DNA of 64,000 bases, from contig JADZDM010000002.1 in the NCBI GenBank assembly GCA_020851035.1, forward strand, positions 3,995 to 67,994, written 5' to 3'. Positions 10,067 through 19,280 of the stretch are shown piece after piece. This stretch comes from Gemmatimonadaceae bacterium (lineage in GTDB: Bacteria > Gemmatimonadota > Gemmatimonadetes > Gemmatimonadales > Gemmatimonadaceae). The notes under the pieces were generated by a model that had not been told where the DNA came from, ran no database searches, and saw only the letters and a program-made list of their open reading frames with translations. Made by a program: the position numbers and the translations under genes. Position 1 is the first letter of the stretch. Each line of letters starts with the position of its first letter.

Positions 10067-10390
10067 TCAACGGTCGGCGCTGTCGGACGTCGGGGTCGGC
10101 ACGGCGGAGGCGTCGGCGGAAGCGTCGGACCGCGGGCGCAGGATCAGCATCAGGTTCCGCGCGTACACCAGCAGGCCGGTGGCCTGTCCCACCATGAACA
10201 CGGTGTCGCGCTTGTGCACGGCGTACGCGAGCAGGATGATGCCGCCGGCGAGGCTGAAGTACCAGAAGGCCACCGGGGTGACGCTCTTCCGACGCTTCTC
10301 GCTGACCAGCCACTGGACGATGAACCGGGCCGAGAACAGCGACTGCCCGAGGAAGCCGACGGCGAGCCAGATGCTCGAGCTCTCCATCAT
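10067..10390 (-). CDS. LAB_N (lipid-A-disaccharide synthase N-terminal) domain membrane protein
   Basis: 107 aa, 3 TM helices. ..LGQSLFSARFIVQWLVSEKRRKSVTPVAFWYFSLAGGIILLAYAVHKRD.. The start overlaps the upstream stop (ATGA, 10387-10390). Confidence 0.8.
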   Translation of the reverse strand: MMESSSIWLAVGFLGQSLFSARFIVQWLVSEKRRKSVTPVAFWYFSLAGGIILLAYAVHKRDTVFMVGQATGLLVYARNLMLILRPRSDASADASAVPTPTSDSADR

Positions 10391-11208
10391 GACACCCGCT
10401 CACGGAGTGGCCCATGCTCGAGGCGCTGCACGACGCGCGCCCGCCGCGCCAGCCACATCACACCCGCCATGTCGACCACCCCCGTCCAGAGTCGGTTCAT
10501 CACGCCGTAGTGAGACGCCCCGCGCGTGCGCGGTCGATGGTTCACCGGCACCGAGAGGACTTCGCCACCTTCCCGGCGCACGAGGGCGGGCATGAAGCGG
10601 TGCATGTGGTCGAAGTACGGCAGGGCAAGGAAAGTGGCGCGGGCGTACACCTTGAGCCCGCAGCCGGTGTCGGGGGTGCCGTCGCGCAGCAGCCGCGAAC
10701 GGACGGCGTTCGCAACCTTTGACTGCCAGCGCGTGAAGGCCGTGTCGCGTCGCGCCGTGCGCCAGCCGGCCACGAGCAGCCGGTCATCGCCACGCTGCGC
10801 CGCCAGCGAGCAGGCCTGCGTGAGCAGTGCCGGGATGTCGGCCGGATCGTTCTGGCCGTCGCCATCGAGGGTCGCAATCCACCGCCCCCGTGCGGCCAGC
10901 ACGCCGGTGCGGATCGCGGTGCTCTGGCCGGCGCTCCGTGCATGGCGCACCACCCGCAGCATGGGTGCGCCCTGCTGGGCGAGCTGGAGCGCCTGGGCGG
11001 TGCCATCGGAGCTGCCGTCGTCCACGTACACGATCTCGAATGGCACGACACCTGACAGCGAGGCGACGATCTCGGCCACGAGCGGGCCGATGTTCTCCCG
11101 CTCGTTGTGGACCGGCACGACCACCGACAGTTCAAACGGCTCGCACCCCGAAGGCTGCACCGGGAGTGGGCGCTGCGCGGGGGCGTACGATGTGTTGGGA
11201 TTCGACAT
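10387..11208 (-). CDS. GT2 polyprenyl-phosphate glycosyltransferase (ArnC/DPM1-like)
   Basis: 273 aa. ..LSVVVPVHNERENI..VYVDDGSSDGT..ATLDGDGQNDP.. are GT2 signature motifs. Confidence 0.85.
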   Translation of the reverse strand: MSNPNTSYAPAQRPLPVQPSGCEPFELSVVVPVHNERENIGPLVAEIVASLSGVVPFEIVYVDDGSSDGTAQALQLAQQGAPMLRVVRHARSAGQSTAIRTGVLAARGRWIATLDGDGQNDPADIPALLTQACSLAAQRGDDRLLVAGWRTARRDTAFTRWQSKVANAVRSRLLRDGTPDTGCGLKVYARATFLALPYFDHMHRFMPALVRREGGEVLSVPVNHRPRTRGASHYGVMNRLWTGVVDMAGVMWLARRARVVQRLEHGPLRERVS

Positions 11209-11299
11209 GGCTGAGGCGTCATGGCGGAGGAAAACTCCGCCCTGAGAATTCTAAGGGAGTCAGGCGCGGTGGGCGACCGGCCGATCGGGCAGGCGGAGG

Positions 11300-13261
11300 G
11301 TGGCGCCGCACCGTCCGGCGGGCCATCCTCATGCCACACCGTTCGTACACTTCAACGCGCAACTTGTGACAGCCCGACTGACGTTCCGGCTCTGCCTCCT
11401 GTCGCTGGTGCTTGCCGGCAGGGTACCCGCCCAGCCCTCCACCGCAGCCACGGGCTACCGGAAGCTCGAAGCGCGGATCCCGATGCGTGACGGCGCCCTG
11501 CTCTTCACGCACATCTACGTCCCGACAGATACATCACGCACGTTTCCGTTCCTGATGCAGCGCACGCCGTATTCGGTGGCGCCCTACGGAGCTGAGAAGC
11601 TTCCAACCCGGCTCGGCCCGTCCGCTGCATTCCAGCGTGAAGGGTTCATCTTCGTCCACCAGGACGTGCGCGGGCGGTACCAGAGCACCGGCACCTGGCG
11701 CGAGATGACGCCGCACCAGCCTGCCGGGTCGGGTGCGGCCGACGTCAACGAAAGCACCGACACGTACGACACCATCACCTGGCTGCTGGAGCATGTGCCG
11801 CGCCACAACGGCAAGGTCGGGCTTTGGGGCATCAGCTACCCGGGCTTCTACGTCACCGCCAGCAGCCTCGACGCGCATCCGGCGCTCGTCGCCGTGTCAC
11901 CGCAGGCACCGGCCACCGATCTCTACGACGGCGACGACCTGTTCCACAACGGCGCATTCATGCTCGCCGCGAATGCCGGTTTCTACCGGTCGTTCCGCCC
12001 GCACCGTGCGCCAGTGCTCCCGGACAGCGAACCGCGTCCGTCCATCGATCCCGCCGCGCGCGACGGCTATGCCTGGTTCCTCGGCGCGGGCCAGCTGCAG
12101 CGCGCCGCCGACACGCCGCTCGGCGCCAATCCCTACTGGGCCGAGATCCTCCAGCATCCCACCTACGACGACCACTGGCGCGCCCGCGCGATCCAGCGCC
12201 AGATCATCGCCGGCGTGCAATTCCCGCCGGCCTCGCTCACGGTCGGCGGCTGGTATGACGCAGAGGACCCCAACGGGCCGCTGCTGACGTACCGTGCCAT
12301 CGCCGGCGCGCTCGGGGTGGGCGATCCCCGTGGCACGACGGTCGTGTCCCACCACCTCGTGATGGGTCCGTGGGCGCATGGCCAGTTCGCCCGCGACAGC
12401 GGCACCGCTCTCGGACCGCTGCGGTTCGGATCGGCCACCGGCGTGTTCTACCGCGACTCGATCGAGTTCCCCTTCTTCATGCAGCACCTGAAGGGTGCCG
12501 CTCCGGCGGAGCTGGCGGCAGCGACGTTGTACGACACCGGGCGTGATGCCTGGCGGACGTTCGCGCGATGGCCGGCCGTCGACCAGCGGGTGCAGCCCTG
12601 GTTCCTCCAGGCGAACGCGTCGCTCGACACGCTGGCGCCCGCGGCGGGCAGTGCGGCGGCGGCGGACCGCTACCCTAGCGATCCGGCCAGGCCGGTGCCG
12701 TACACGGAGCGCATCGTCGCGGGCATGGCGCGCGACTACATCACCGACGACCAGCGATTCGCGTCGCGCCGGCCGGACGTGCTCACCTACCGCTCCGCGC
12801 CACTCACGGGCGACCTCACCGTCGGCGGGGGCGTGAACGTGGTGCTGCATGTCGCCACCACCGGCACCGACGCCGACTTCGTCGTGCGGCTCATCGACGA
12901 ATACCCCGACGGCACGCCGGGCGACACCGCCTCGGTGCGCATGGCGGGGTTCCAGCGACTGGTGCGCGGCGAGCCATTCCGGGCACGCTACCGTCGGGGC
13001 TTCGACCGCGCGATTCCCTTCGTCGCCAACCGCCCCGACTCGCTCCGGTTCACGCTCCCCGACGTGCTGCACACGTTTCGCGCGGGGAATCGCGTCATGG
13101 TGCAGGTGAGCAGCAGCTGGTTCCCGCTGGTCGATCGCAATCCGCAGGTGTTCGTGCCGAACATCTTCACGGCACGGCCGGGCGATTTCCGACGGGCGGA
13201 GATGACACTGTTCCACACGGCGGCCCAGGCCTCACGCATCGAACTCCCCGTGCTGCCGTGA
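11300..13261 (+). CDS. CocE/NonD family hydrolase (X-Pro dipeptidyl-peptidase S15)
   Basis: ..PFLMQRTPYS..FIFVHQDVRGRYQSTG..WGISYPGFY.. GTG 11366 would give a cleaner signal peptide (VTARLTFRLCLLSLVLAGRVPAQP). Confidence 0.85.
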   Translation: MAPHRPAGHPHATPFVHFNAQLVTARLTFRLCLLSLVLAGRVPAQPSTAATGYRKLEARIPMRDGALLFTHIYVPTDTSRTFPFLMQRTPYSVAPYGAEKLPTRLGPSAAFQREGFIFVHQDVRGRYQSTGTWREMTPHQPAGSGAADVNESTDTYDTITWLLEHVPRHNGKVGLWGISYPGFYVTASSLDAHPALVAVSPQAPATDLYDGDDLFHNGAFMLAANAGFYRSFRPHRAPVLPDSEPRPSIDPAARDGYAWFLGAGQLQRAADTPLGANPYWAEILQHPTYDDHWRARAIQRQIIAGVQFPPASLTVGGWYDAEDPNGPLLTYRAIAGALGVGDPRGTTVVSHHLVMGPWAHGQFARDSGTALGPLRFGSATGVFYRDSIEFPFFMQHLKGAAPAELAAATLYDTGRDAWRTFARWPAVDQRVQPWFLQANASLDTLAPAAGSAAAADRYPSDPARPVPYTERIVAGMARDYITDDQRFASRRPDVLTYRSAPLTGDLTVGGGVNVVLHVATTGTDADFVVRLIDEYPDGTPGDTASVRMAGFQRLVRGEPFRARYRRGFDRAIPFVANRPDSLRFTLPDVLHTFRAGNRVMVQVSSSWFPLVDRNPQVFVPNIFTARPGDFRRAEMTLFHTAAQASRIELPVLP

Positions 13262-13268
13262 CCGGCGC

Positions 13269-14243
13269 GTGATTCCCACGGACGTGCTGCGCGCGGCGCG
13301 CGCGGGGTTCGGTCTGCCGCGGGGGCACGTGCGCGTGCTCAGCACCCGGTTCGCGAAGACCTGCCTCGCGCATCGCACGGCTGACGGCGGTCGCTCGCAG
13401 CTGCGGCTGGTGCAGGCGGGGGCCGACACGCTGCCACGGCTGCACTCGGAGATGCAGTGGCTGCAGCACCTCGCCCGCACACACGGCATTGCCGTGCCGG
13501 CGCCGCATTCATGGCGGGACGGCGCGCTGGTGTCTCCACTGCTCACCGATCGCCACGGAGGAACGTGGCACGCCGTGCAGTGCGCGTGGGTGACAGGTCG
13601 CCACCTGGACCGCGGCTTCAGGCCGGCGGACTTTGCGCGTGCCGGCGCACTGCTGGCACGGCTCCACCGCGCCAATGCGGACGCACCGGCGGGCATCGCC
13701 GCGGCACGACCGACCTGGTGGATCCCGCGCCTCTTCGAGCTGGCGACATCGCTGCGGCACATCGTGCTGGACGAGATGGCCCCGCTGCCTCCGTCCGTCT
13801 CACCGGCACTCGCGCAGGCGTATCGCCGCGCCCATGCGGCGCTCGTCCAGGCGGCGGCGGCGCTGCCACGGGGGGCGCACCACGAGGGACTCGTGCACAC
13901 CGATGCCCACTGGCAGAACCTGCGCTTCACGCGCGAACGCGTGGGCCTGGTGGACTTCGAGGACTTCGCCAGCGGGCGATACATGCTGGACGTGGCGTGC
14001 CTCTGGGGTCGCGTGCAGGAGCGGACCGGCAGCGCGCGGATGCTGGATGCGATCCTCGAGGGCTACGACCGTGTGCGGCCCCTGCCACCGTCGCATCACC
14101 GGGACCTGCGCGTCATGCTCGCGTTTCGCCGCTTCGACTACGCGGGCTGGGTGCTGAGCTGGCCGGACCCCAGCCAGCGTGACTGGGGCCCCGCCCTGCT
14201 GGCCGGAGCGCCGGCATACATCGAGCGCATGCTCGGCGGCTGA
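13269..14243 (+). CDS. Phosphotransferase (APH/choline-kinase fold)
   Basis: 324 aa, GTG start. Catalytic loop ..GLVHTDAHWQNLRF.. and metal site ..VGLVDFEDF.. Confidence 0.8.
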   Translation: MIPTDVLRAARAGFGLPRGHVRVLSTRFAKTCLAHRTADGGRSQLRLVQAGADTLPRLHSEMQWLQHLARTHGIAVPAPHSWRDGALVSPLLTDRHGGTWHAVQCAWVTGRHLDRGFRPADFARAGALLARLHRANADAPAGIAAARPTWWIPRLFELATSLRHIVLDEMAPLPPSVSPALAQAYRRAHAALVQAAAALPRGAHHEGLVHTDAHWQNLRFTRERVGLVDFEDFASGRYMLDVACLWGRVQERTGSARMLDAILEGYDRVRPLPPSHHRDLRVMLAFRRFDYAGWVLSWPDPSQRDWGPALLAGAPAYIERMLGG

Positions 14244-14253
14244 CAGCGGCGCG

Positions 14254-15024
14254 TCAGCGCGGGCCGCGCGGCACCACCAGCAGCGACAGCGTGTCGATCG
14301 AGGCGATGCTGAGCGTGTCGACGCGCAGCGGCGTGCGACGGTCTCCCACCACCACCGGCTCCTCGCCGTCGCCATAGCCGGCCACGAGGATCCGGTCGCC
14401 CTGCACGCGGCCCAGCGCGTTCAGCGCGCGAAACACCTGCCCCCGCTTCGGGTCCACCACCGTGACATGCAGGCTCCCCTGCCCGCCGTCGCGCATCCGC
14501 ACGAGGAGGGCGTCCCGTCCCGCGGCGCTGAGCAGCTCCACGCCGAGGATGGGGAAGTAGTCGGCCACGACGCGTCGCCGCGTGCCGGCCTGCACGTCGA
14601 TGACGGTGAGCGACTGGCCCTCGTTCTCGAAGCCGCCGGCGCCGTCCAGGCCCGAGACGGCCACGAGCCGGCCAGTGCCGAGTTTCCAGACCCTGACCGC
14701 GCTGTCGGCAACGACCAGCGTGTCGCCGGTGGACAGGGTGACGACCGCCGGTCCGATGCCGAAGGTGGTGGTGTCGCGCCGGACGTCGATGCGGGTGGCG
14801 ACCGCACCCGGCTGCGGCCGGAGCGCGCCCAGGTCCTGCGGCAGCACCGGCACCGGTGCGGGCCGCTCGATCGCGGCGGCTCTGGCCGAGTCGCCGGCGA
14901 CGCTGTCCCCCGCGGCGCGGTCGTCGGCACGGGCGCCGCAGCCGGTCAGGACGAGGGTCGCGACGAGCAGGCGCGTGCAGGCCGGCGGGCAATGATGGAA
15001 GCGGCGGGTGCGTTCAGCAGGCAT
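14254..15024 (-). CDS. Hypothetical lipoprotein
   Basis: 256 aa. Lipobox LVLTGC near the N-terminus. Protein-like composition. No domain recognised. Confidence 0.6.
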   Translation of the reverse strand: MPAERTRRFHHCPPACTRLLVATLVLTGCGARADDRAAGDSVAGDSARAAAIERPAPVPVLPQDLGALRPQPGAVATRIDVRRDTTTFGIGPAVVTLSTGDTLVVADSAVRVWKLGTGRLVAVSGLDGAGGFENEGQSLTVIDVQAGTRRRVVADYFPILGVELLSAAGRDALLVRMRDGGQGSLHVTVVDPKRGQVFRALNALGRVQGDRILVAGYGDGEEPVVVGDRRTPLRVDTLSIASIDTLSLLVVPRGPR

Positions 15025-15104
15025 GCGAGGGGGAGGCGGGGGCGGGTCGGCCGCGGCGCCGGGCCGGCGCGCATTGACAGAAAGCTGCCACGATCGTGCA
15101 GATT

Positions 15105-15314
15105 ATGGCACGACCCCATCCGGAGGCAGGAACCGTGAAGGACAGCCAGTTGCAGAAGCTGCTCAAGAAGACGCAGGCGAAGGCGACGGAGAAGGCCTCC
15201 AAGCCGCGGCCGTCGTTCGACGCCACGCTCGAGGCGACCAAGAAGCCCGGCGGGGAGGAAGGGTCGGGCGAGGCGGAGGAGATCTTCAAGGAGATGAAGC
15301 GGCGCGAATTCTGA
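15105..15314 (+). CDS. Small K/E-rich hypothetical protein
   Basis: Track ORF 15096..15314 (GTG); ATG at 15105. ..SQLQKLLKKTQAKATEKASKPRPSF..EEIFKEMKRREF. Locally lower GC. Lies 65 nt upstream of the GGDEF-EAL gene. Confidence 0.4.
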   Translation: MARPHPEAGTVKDSQLQKLLKKTQAKATEKASKPRPSFDATLEATKKPGGEEGSGEAEEIFKEMKRREF

Positions 15315-15379
15315 CGCGCTGACCGGGGGCGGCGGCACGGCGCAACTCGTCGTGCGGCATCGAGTTCCGCCCCGGCTGC

Positions 15380-18136
15380 TTGACCTGCCCTCCGCAACGG
15401 TCGATACCACCGAGGGCGATGCTCCACTCCTCCCCCGCCCCGCGGCTCGACCGAGGCTCCGTGCTCACGCTCAGTCGCGTGCGACTGATCTGCGTCTCGG
15501 TGATCCTCGTGCTGTGCGTGGCCGCTGCGGCGTGGCTCCGGCTGCCGGTGATCGCCATCGGCGTGACGTCCGGCTGGCTCCTGGTGGCGGTCGTCCACCA
15601 CCGGATGCTCGGCCCGACACGCGACCCGGTGCGGCTCGAGCGGCTCGTCTACTGCTCGCTGCCGCTCGACTCGCTCGCCGTCTCGGGACTGGTCGCGGCC
15701 ACCGGCGGTGTGTGGTGGTGCGGTGCCGTGACCTTCGCGATGATCACCGTCGCCACGGCATCGATGCTGCCGCCGCAGAAGGTGATCCGGGTCGGACTCG
15801 TGAGCGCGGTCACCCTCGCGCTGGTGCTCGGCCTGCAGGTGGCCGGCATCGTCCCGGAGAGTCACTTCCTGGGTGTCCCCCCGGTGCGTGGCGAGTGGCG
15901 CGCATGGGGCACGGGGGTGTTCGTGATCGTCTCCGAGATGGCCGTGCTGGGCTGGACCCAGTTCCGCCTCACGATCATGCTCCGCGAGCGGGCCACGCGG
16001 TATCGCGCGCTGATGGACACGGCGTCGGACCTGTTCGTGGTGCTGGCGCACGACGGTGGCGTGACCCACGTGAACCGCGCGACGCTGGCCATGGCCCAGT
16101 GCGCGCGGCGCGAGATCCTGCAGGACGGCATCGCGCGGTTGCTGGTGCCCGAGGACGTGGCGTTCTTCCGCGCCCGCTTCGCGCGCGCGCTGGGCGGCGA
16201 GCAGCAGGTGATGATGCTGCGCGCGAATGCGTACCACGGCATCCGCTGGCTGTCCTGCACGCTGGCACCGATGGTGCCGGGCCTGGCGACGACCAGCGTG
16301 CTCGCGATCCTGCGTGACGTGACCGACGACCGGCTTGCCGCCGACAGCGTGCGGCACAGCGAGGCCCGCCTGCGCGCGGTGTTCAACCAGGCCGCGATCG
16401 CGATCGCGCTGCTGGACCTCGACGGCTACTTCACCGAGGTGAACCCGGCGGTGGAGCGGCTGCTGGGGTACGACAGCGTGGGTCTCGTGGGACGGCGCTG
16501 GAACGCCTTCGCGCCGCCGGAGGACCAGGAGGAGACGCAGCGGGTGATCGGCACGCTGCAACGGAACGAGCGGGAGAGCGTGACCCTCGAGCAGCGGTTC
16601 GTGCGTGACGACGGGCGCGTGCTCTGGACCCACATGACCATCTCGCGGGTGGACAACCCGGCCGGCTCGGCCGGCCTGATCGCGATGCTGCAGGACGTGA
16701 CGGAGCGGCGGGCGCTCGAGGCGCAGCTCACCTGGCAGGCGTTCCACGACCCGCTCACGAACCTCGCCAACCGCGCCCTGTTCCGGGAGCGGGTCGAGAA
16801 GCGCCTGGCTGAGCGGCAGGAGGTCAGCGGCAGCGTGGCCGTGCTCTTCCTCGACCTCGACAACTTCAAGACCATCAACGACTCGATGGGCCATGCCGCC
16901 GGCGACCAGCTGCTGTTCGAGGTGGGGCGGCGCCTGCTGAATGCCACCCGCGGTTGCGACACCGTGGCGCGGCTTGGCGGCGACGAGTTCGCGATCCTGC
17001 TCGACCACGTGCGCGTGGCGCAGGATTGCATCCGCGTCGCCGACCGCGTGCTGGAGTCGATGCGCGCGCCGGTGCGGCTCGATGGCACGGACGTGATCGT
17101 GAGCACCAGCATCGGCATCGTCCGTGACGCCGGCGACGAGAGCGCCGACGACATCCTGCGCAACGCCGACGTGGCGATGTACAACGCCAAGCAGCGCGGC
17201 AAGGGCCGGCACTCGCTGTTCGAGCCGGGCATGCACGACAAGGCGGTGGAGCGGCTGCGGCTGCAGAACGACCTGCGCACGGCCGTCGAGAACGACGAGA
17301 TCACGCTCGCCTACCAGCCGATCGTGACGCTGGCCGACGGGCGTCCGTGTGGCTTCGAGGCGCTCGCGCGCTGGACGCACCCGGAGTTCGGCACCGTCTC
17401 GCCGGCGACCTTCGTGCCCCTGGCCGAGGAGACCGGGATGATCGTGCCGCTGGGGTGCACCATCCTCCGGCGCGCCTGCCGCGACGCCAGCGCATGGAAC
17501 GCGCTGGACGGGCTGCATGCCCCGATCGGCGTGTCGGTGAACCTCTCCGGGCGCCAGCTCGAGGTGCCGGGCGTGGTGGGCCACGTGCGCGATGCGCTGC
17601 GCGACAGCGGCCTGGATCCCGCCTGCCTGACCCTCGAGATCACCGAGAGTGCGCTGGTGCACAACAGCGAGACGATGCGCGAGCGGCTGCTGCAGCTCAA
17701 GGCGCTGGGGATCTCGCTGGCGATCGACGACTTCGGCACCGGCTACAGCTCGCTGAGCTACATCCAGCAGTTCCCGGCCGACGTGCTGAAAATCGACCGC
17801 AGCTTCGTGGAGGGGCTCGGCCGCACGAACGGCGCCGACGCAGCGCTCGCGCGCACCATCATCGCCCTCGGCGCCTCGCTGCACCTCCGGACCGTGGCGG
17901 AGGGGATCGAGGTCGACGCCCAGCGCGCGATCCTGCGGGAACTGGGGTGCGAGTTCGGGCAGGGCTACCTGTACGCGCGGCCGATGACGGCGTGCGAGGT
18001 CCCGGACTGGCTGACCCGGACGCTGGGCCTCACGACGCTCGTGACCGGCGGCGAGCACCACGGGCCCGCAGCAGCGGCGATCAGACGTCCAGCGACCCGA
18101 CCGCCGCGCAGTACCGGGGAAATGGCGACCGTCTAG
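15380..18136 (+). CDS. Membrane-anchored PAS/GGDEF/EAL cyclic-di-GMP signalling protein
   Basis: 918 aa. N-terminal TM helices and two PAS-like segments. GGDEF domain (..RLGGDEFAILL..) and EAL domain (..FEALARW.., ..EITES.., ..DDFGTGYSSL..) both have intact motifs. Confidence 0.9.
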   Translation: MTCPPQRSIPPRAMLHSSPAPRLDRGSVLTLSRVRLICVSVILVLCVAAAAWLRLPVIAIGVTSGWLLVAVVHHRMLGPTRDPVRLERLVYCSLPLDSLAVSGLVAATGGVWWCGAVTFAMITVATASMLPPQKVIRVGLVSAVTLALVLGLQVAGIVPESHFLGVPPVRGEWRAWGTGVFVIVSEMAVLGWTQFRLTIMLRERATRYRALMDTASDLFVVLAHDGGVTHVNRATLAMAQCARREILQDGIARLLVPEDVAFFRARFARALGGEQQVMMLRANAYHGIRWLSCTLAPMVPGLATTSVLAILRDVTDDRLAADSVRHSEARLRAVFNQAAIAIALLDLDGYFTEVNPAVERLLGYDSVGLVGRRWNAFAPPEDQEETQRVIGTLQRNERESVTLEQRFVRDDGRVLWTHMTISRVDNPAGSAGLIAMLQDVTERRALEAQLTWQAFHDPLTNLANRALFRERVEKRLAERQEVSGSVAVLFLDLDNFKTINDSMGHAAGDQLLFEVGRRLLNATRGCDTVARLGGDEFAILLDHVRVAQDCIRVADRVLESMRAPVRLDGTDVIVSTSIGIVRDAGDESADDILRNADVAMYNAKQRGKGRHSLFEPGMHDKAVERLRLQNDLRTAVENDEITLAYQPIVTLADGRPCGFEALARWTHPEFGTVSPATFVPLAEETGMIVPLGCTILRRACRDASAWNALDGLHAPIGVSVNLSGRQLEVPGVVGHVRDALRDSGLDPACLTLEITESALVHNSETMRERLLQLKALGISLAIDDFGTGYSSLSYIQQFPADVLKIDRSFVEGLGRTNGADAALARTIIALGASLHLRTVAEGIEVDAQRAILRELGCEFGQGYLYARPMTACEVPDWLTRTLGLTTLVTGGEHHGPAAAAIRRPATRPPRSTGEMATV

Positions 18137-18588
18137 CGCTTGCGGGTAGCGGCCTTGCGCGGCGGCACGAGGCGCGTGCGCCCCTTCCGGGCCTTCGTGG
18201 CGAGTTCCCCGATCGTCTGGTTCTCGAGCAGGGTGGCCACCTTGGCGCGCAGCGGCATCCACTTCTCGTGCAGCGGGCAGGCGTGGTGGTCGGTGCACTT
18301 CGGCATGCCGATGATGCAGCCCACGAACGGATCGTTGCCATCGGCGACGGTGACCACCTCGCGCACCGGCGCCTCGATCGCGCGCTTGCGGATGCGGTAC
18401 CCACCCCCCCGTCCCTTGGCGCTGTCGAGGTAGCCGAGCTGGGCGAAACGCTTCAGCACCTTCGCGAGGTACGGCCCCGGCACTTCGAGCTGCTCCGCCA
18501 CGTCGCGGTTGAGCCGGAACTCATCCGGCGTCATGGCGAGGTGAATGAGTGCCTGGAGGGCGTACTCCTGTGTCTTACTGAATAGCAC
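18133..18588 (-). CDS. Rrf2 family transcriptional regulator (probable Fe-S sensing)
   Basis: 151 aa. The N-terminus MLFSKTQEYALQALIHLA.. is a winged helix. The Cys triad GCIIGMPKCTDHHAC resembles IscR/NsrR ligands. Its stop overlaps the stop of the convergent gene (CTAG, 18133-18136). Confidence 0.9.
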   Translation of the reverse strand: MLFSKTQEYALQALIHLAMTPDEFRLNRDVAEQLEVPGPYLAKVLKRFAQLGYLDSAKGRGGGYRIRKRAIEAPVREVVTVADGNDPFVGCIIGMPKCTDHHACPLHEKWMPLRAKVATLLENQTIGELATKARKGRTRLVPPRKAATRKR

Positions 18589-18627
18589 GCAGGTCTGAGC
18601 GAAAGTGGAGACGAATACGTGAGCCAG

Positions 18628-18641
18628 CTGCGACGTCGCAG
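18628..18641. promoter_or_regulatory. Perfect 14-bp palindrome upstream of rrf2 (candidate operator)
   Basis: CTGCGACGTCGCAG lies 40-53 bp upstream of the Rrf2 start codon. Many Rrf2 regulators autoregulate through inverted repeats. Confidence 0.3.
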
Positions 18642-19280
18642 GGCGGGATGCGGGCGGGGCAGGACAGCGTGGGACCGGTCGAGCAGACGCCGGCGGGTGA
18701 ACCCGTCGACATCATCACTGCCGGGGGGACGCCGAGCCGCGTCCCGTCTCCCGTCTCGTGCCTGTCCTGCCGGTGTCAGCGGCACGCGCAGTCTCCCGGC
18801 GCGGAGCTGATCGATACAGTATCATACCAGAACGAATGCCGGCGGGAAAGCCAGTGCCGCCCTCAGCGTCAGCGCAGCGTCACACCTGAAATCGTCCTTT
18901 TCTGCATCGATCGGACACCGTGCTGACATATTTCGTGCATCACGGCTCGTTGCGCGCGAAATGACTCTCCACCACCTGCACTCCAAGTACTGCAGAGCCT
19001 GCCACCATTCCCCATCGGCTCGCACCTCGTCCCAGGCGGCACTCACCGACCCCCTCCGTCCCCGCCTGCCTGACGCGCGGTCCTGCTCCGCGGCTGGGCT
19101 CGGTGCCGATCGAGTCGCAACGGACGTGGAGCCGCTCCCGCTTCCCAGCGGACCGGCGGCGTCGCCGCGCGAGCCGCTGGCATGAACGGGAGGCGCCTGA
19201 GGCGCCCCACGCCAAGATTGGAAAAACTCAATCTATATATCACCTGCCTTCGACCGGATGCGCAAGCCCTGCCGGGCAGG

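Noticed and set aside
15014-18298. Very long antisense or alternative-frame ORFs. Examples are 15014..18298 (-, 1094 aa), 37305..40562 (+, 1085 aa), 40354..42912 (-, 852 aa), 22347..24614 (+, 755 aa), 8569..10197 (+, 542 aa) and 34302..35984 (+, 560 aa).
   Set aside because: Their translations are dominated by R/A/G/P/H runs with no motifs. Each lies opposite to, or out of frame with, an ORF that has clear family signatures. Long open antisense frames are expected at this GC content.
18589-19280. tRNA, tmRNA, RNase P RNA or a cobalamin riboswitch in the long gap. The cues were CTCCACCACC near 18968 and GGGAAAGCCAGTGCC near 18845.
   Set aside because: There is no T-arm or acceptor-stem context next to the CCA-like string, no B12-box or GGAAAGUCC-type core, and no cloverleaf that I could fold by eye. 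The region is left as unexplained non-coding sequence.
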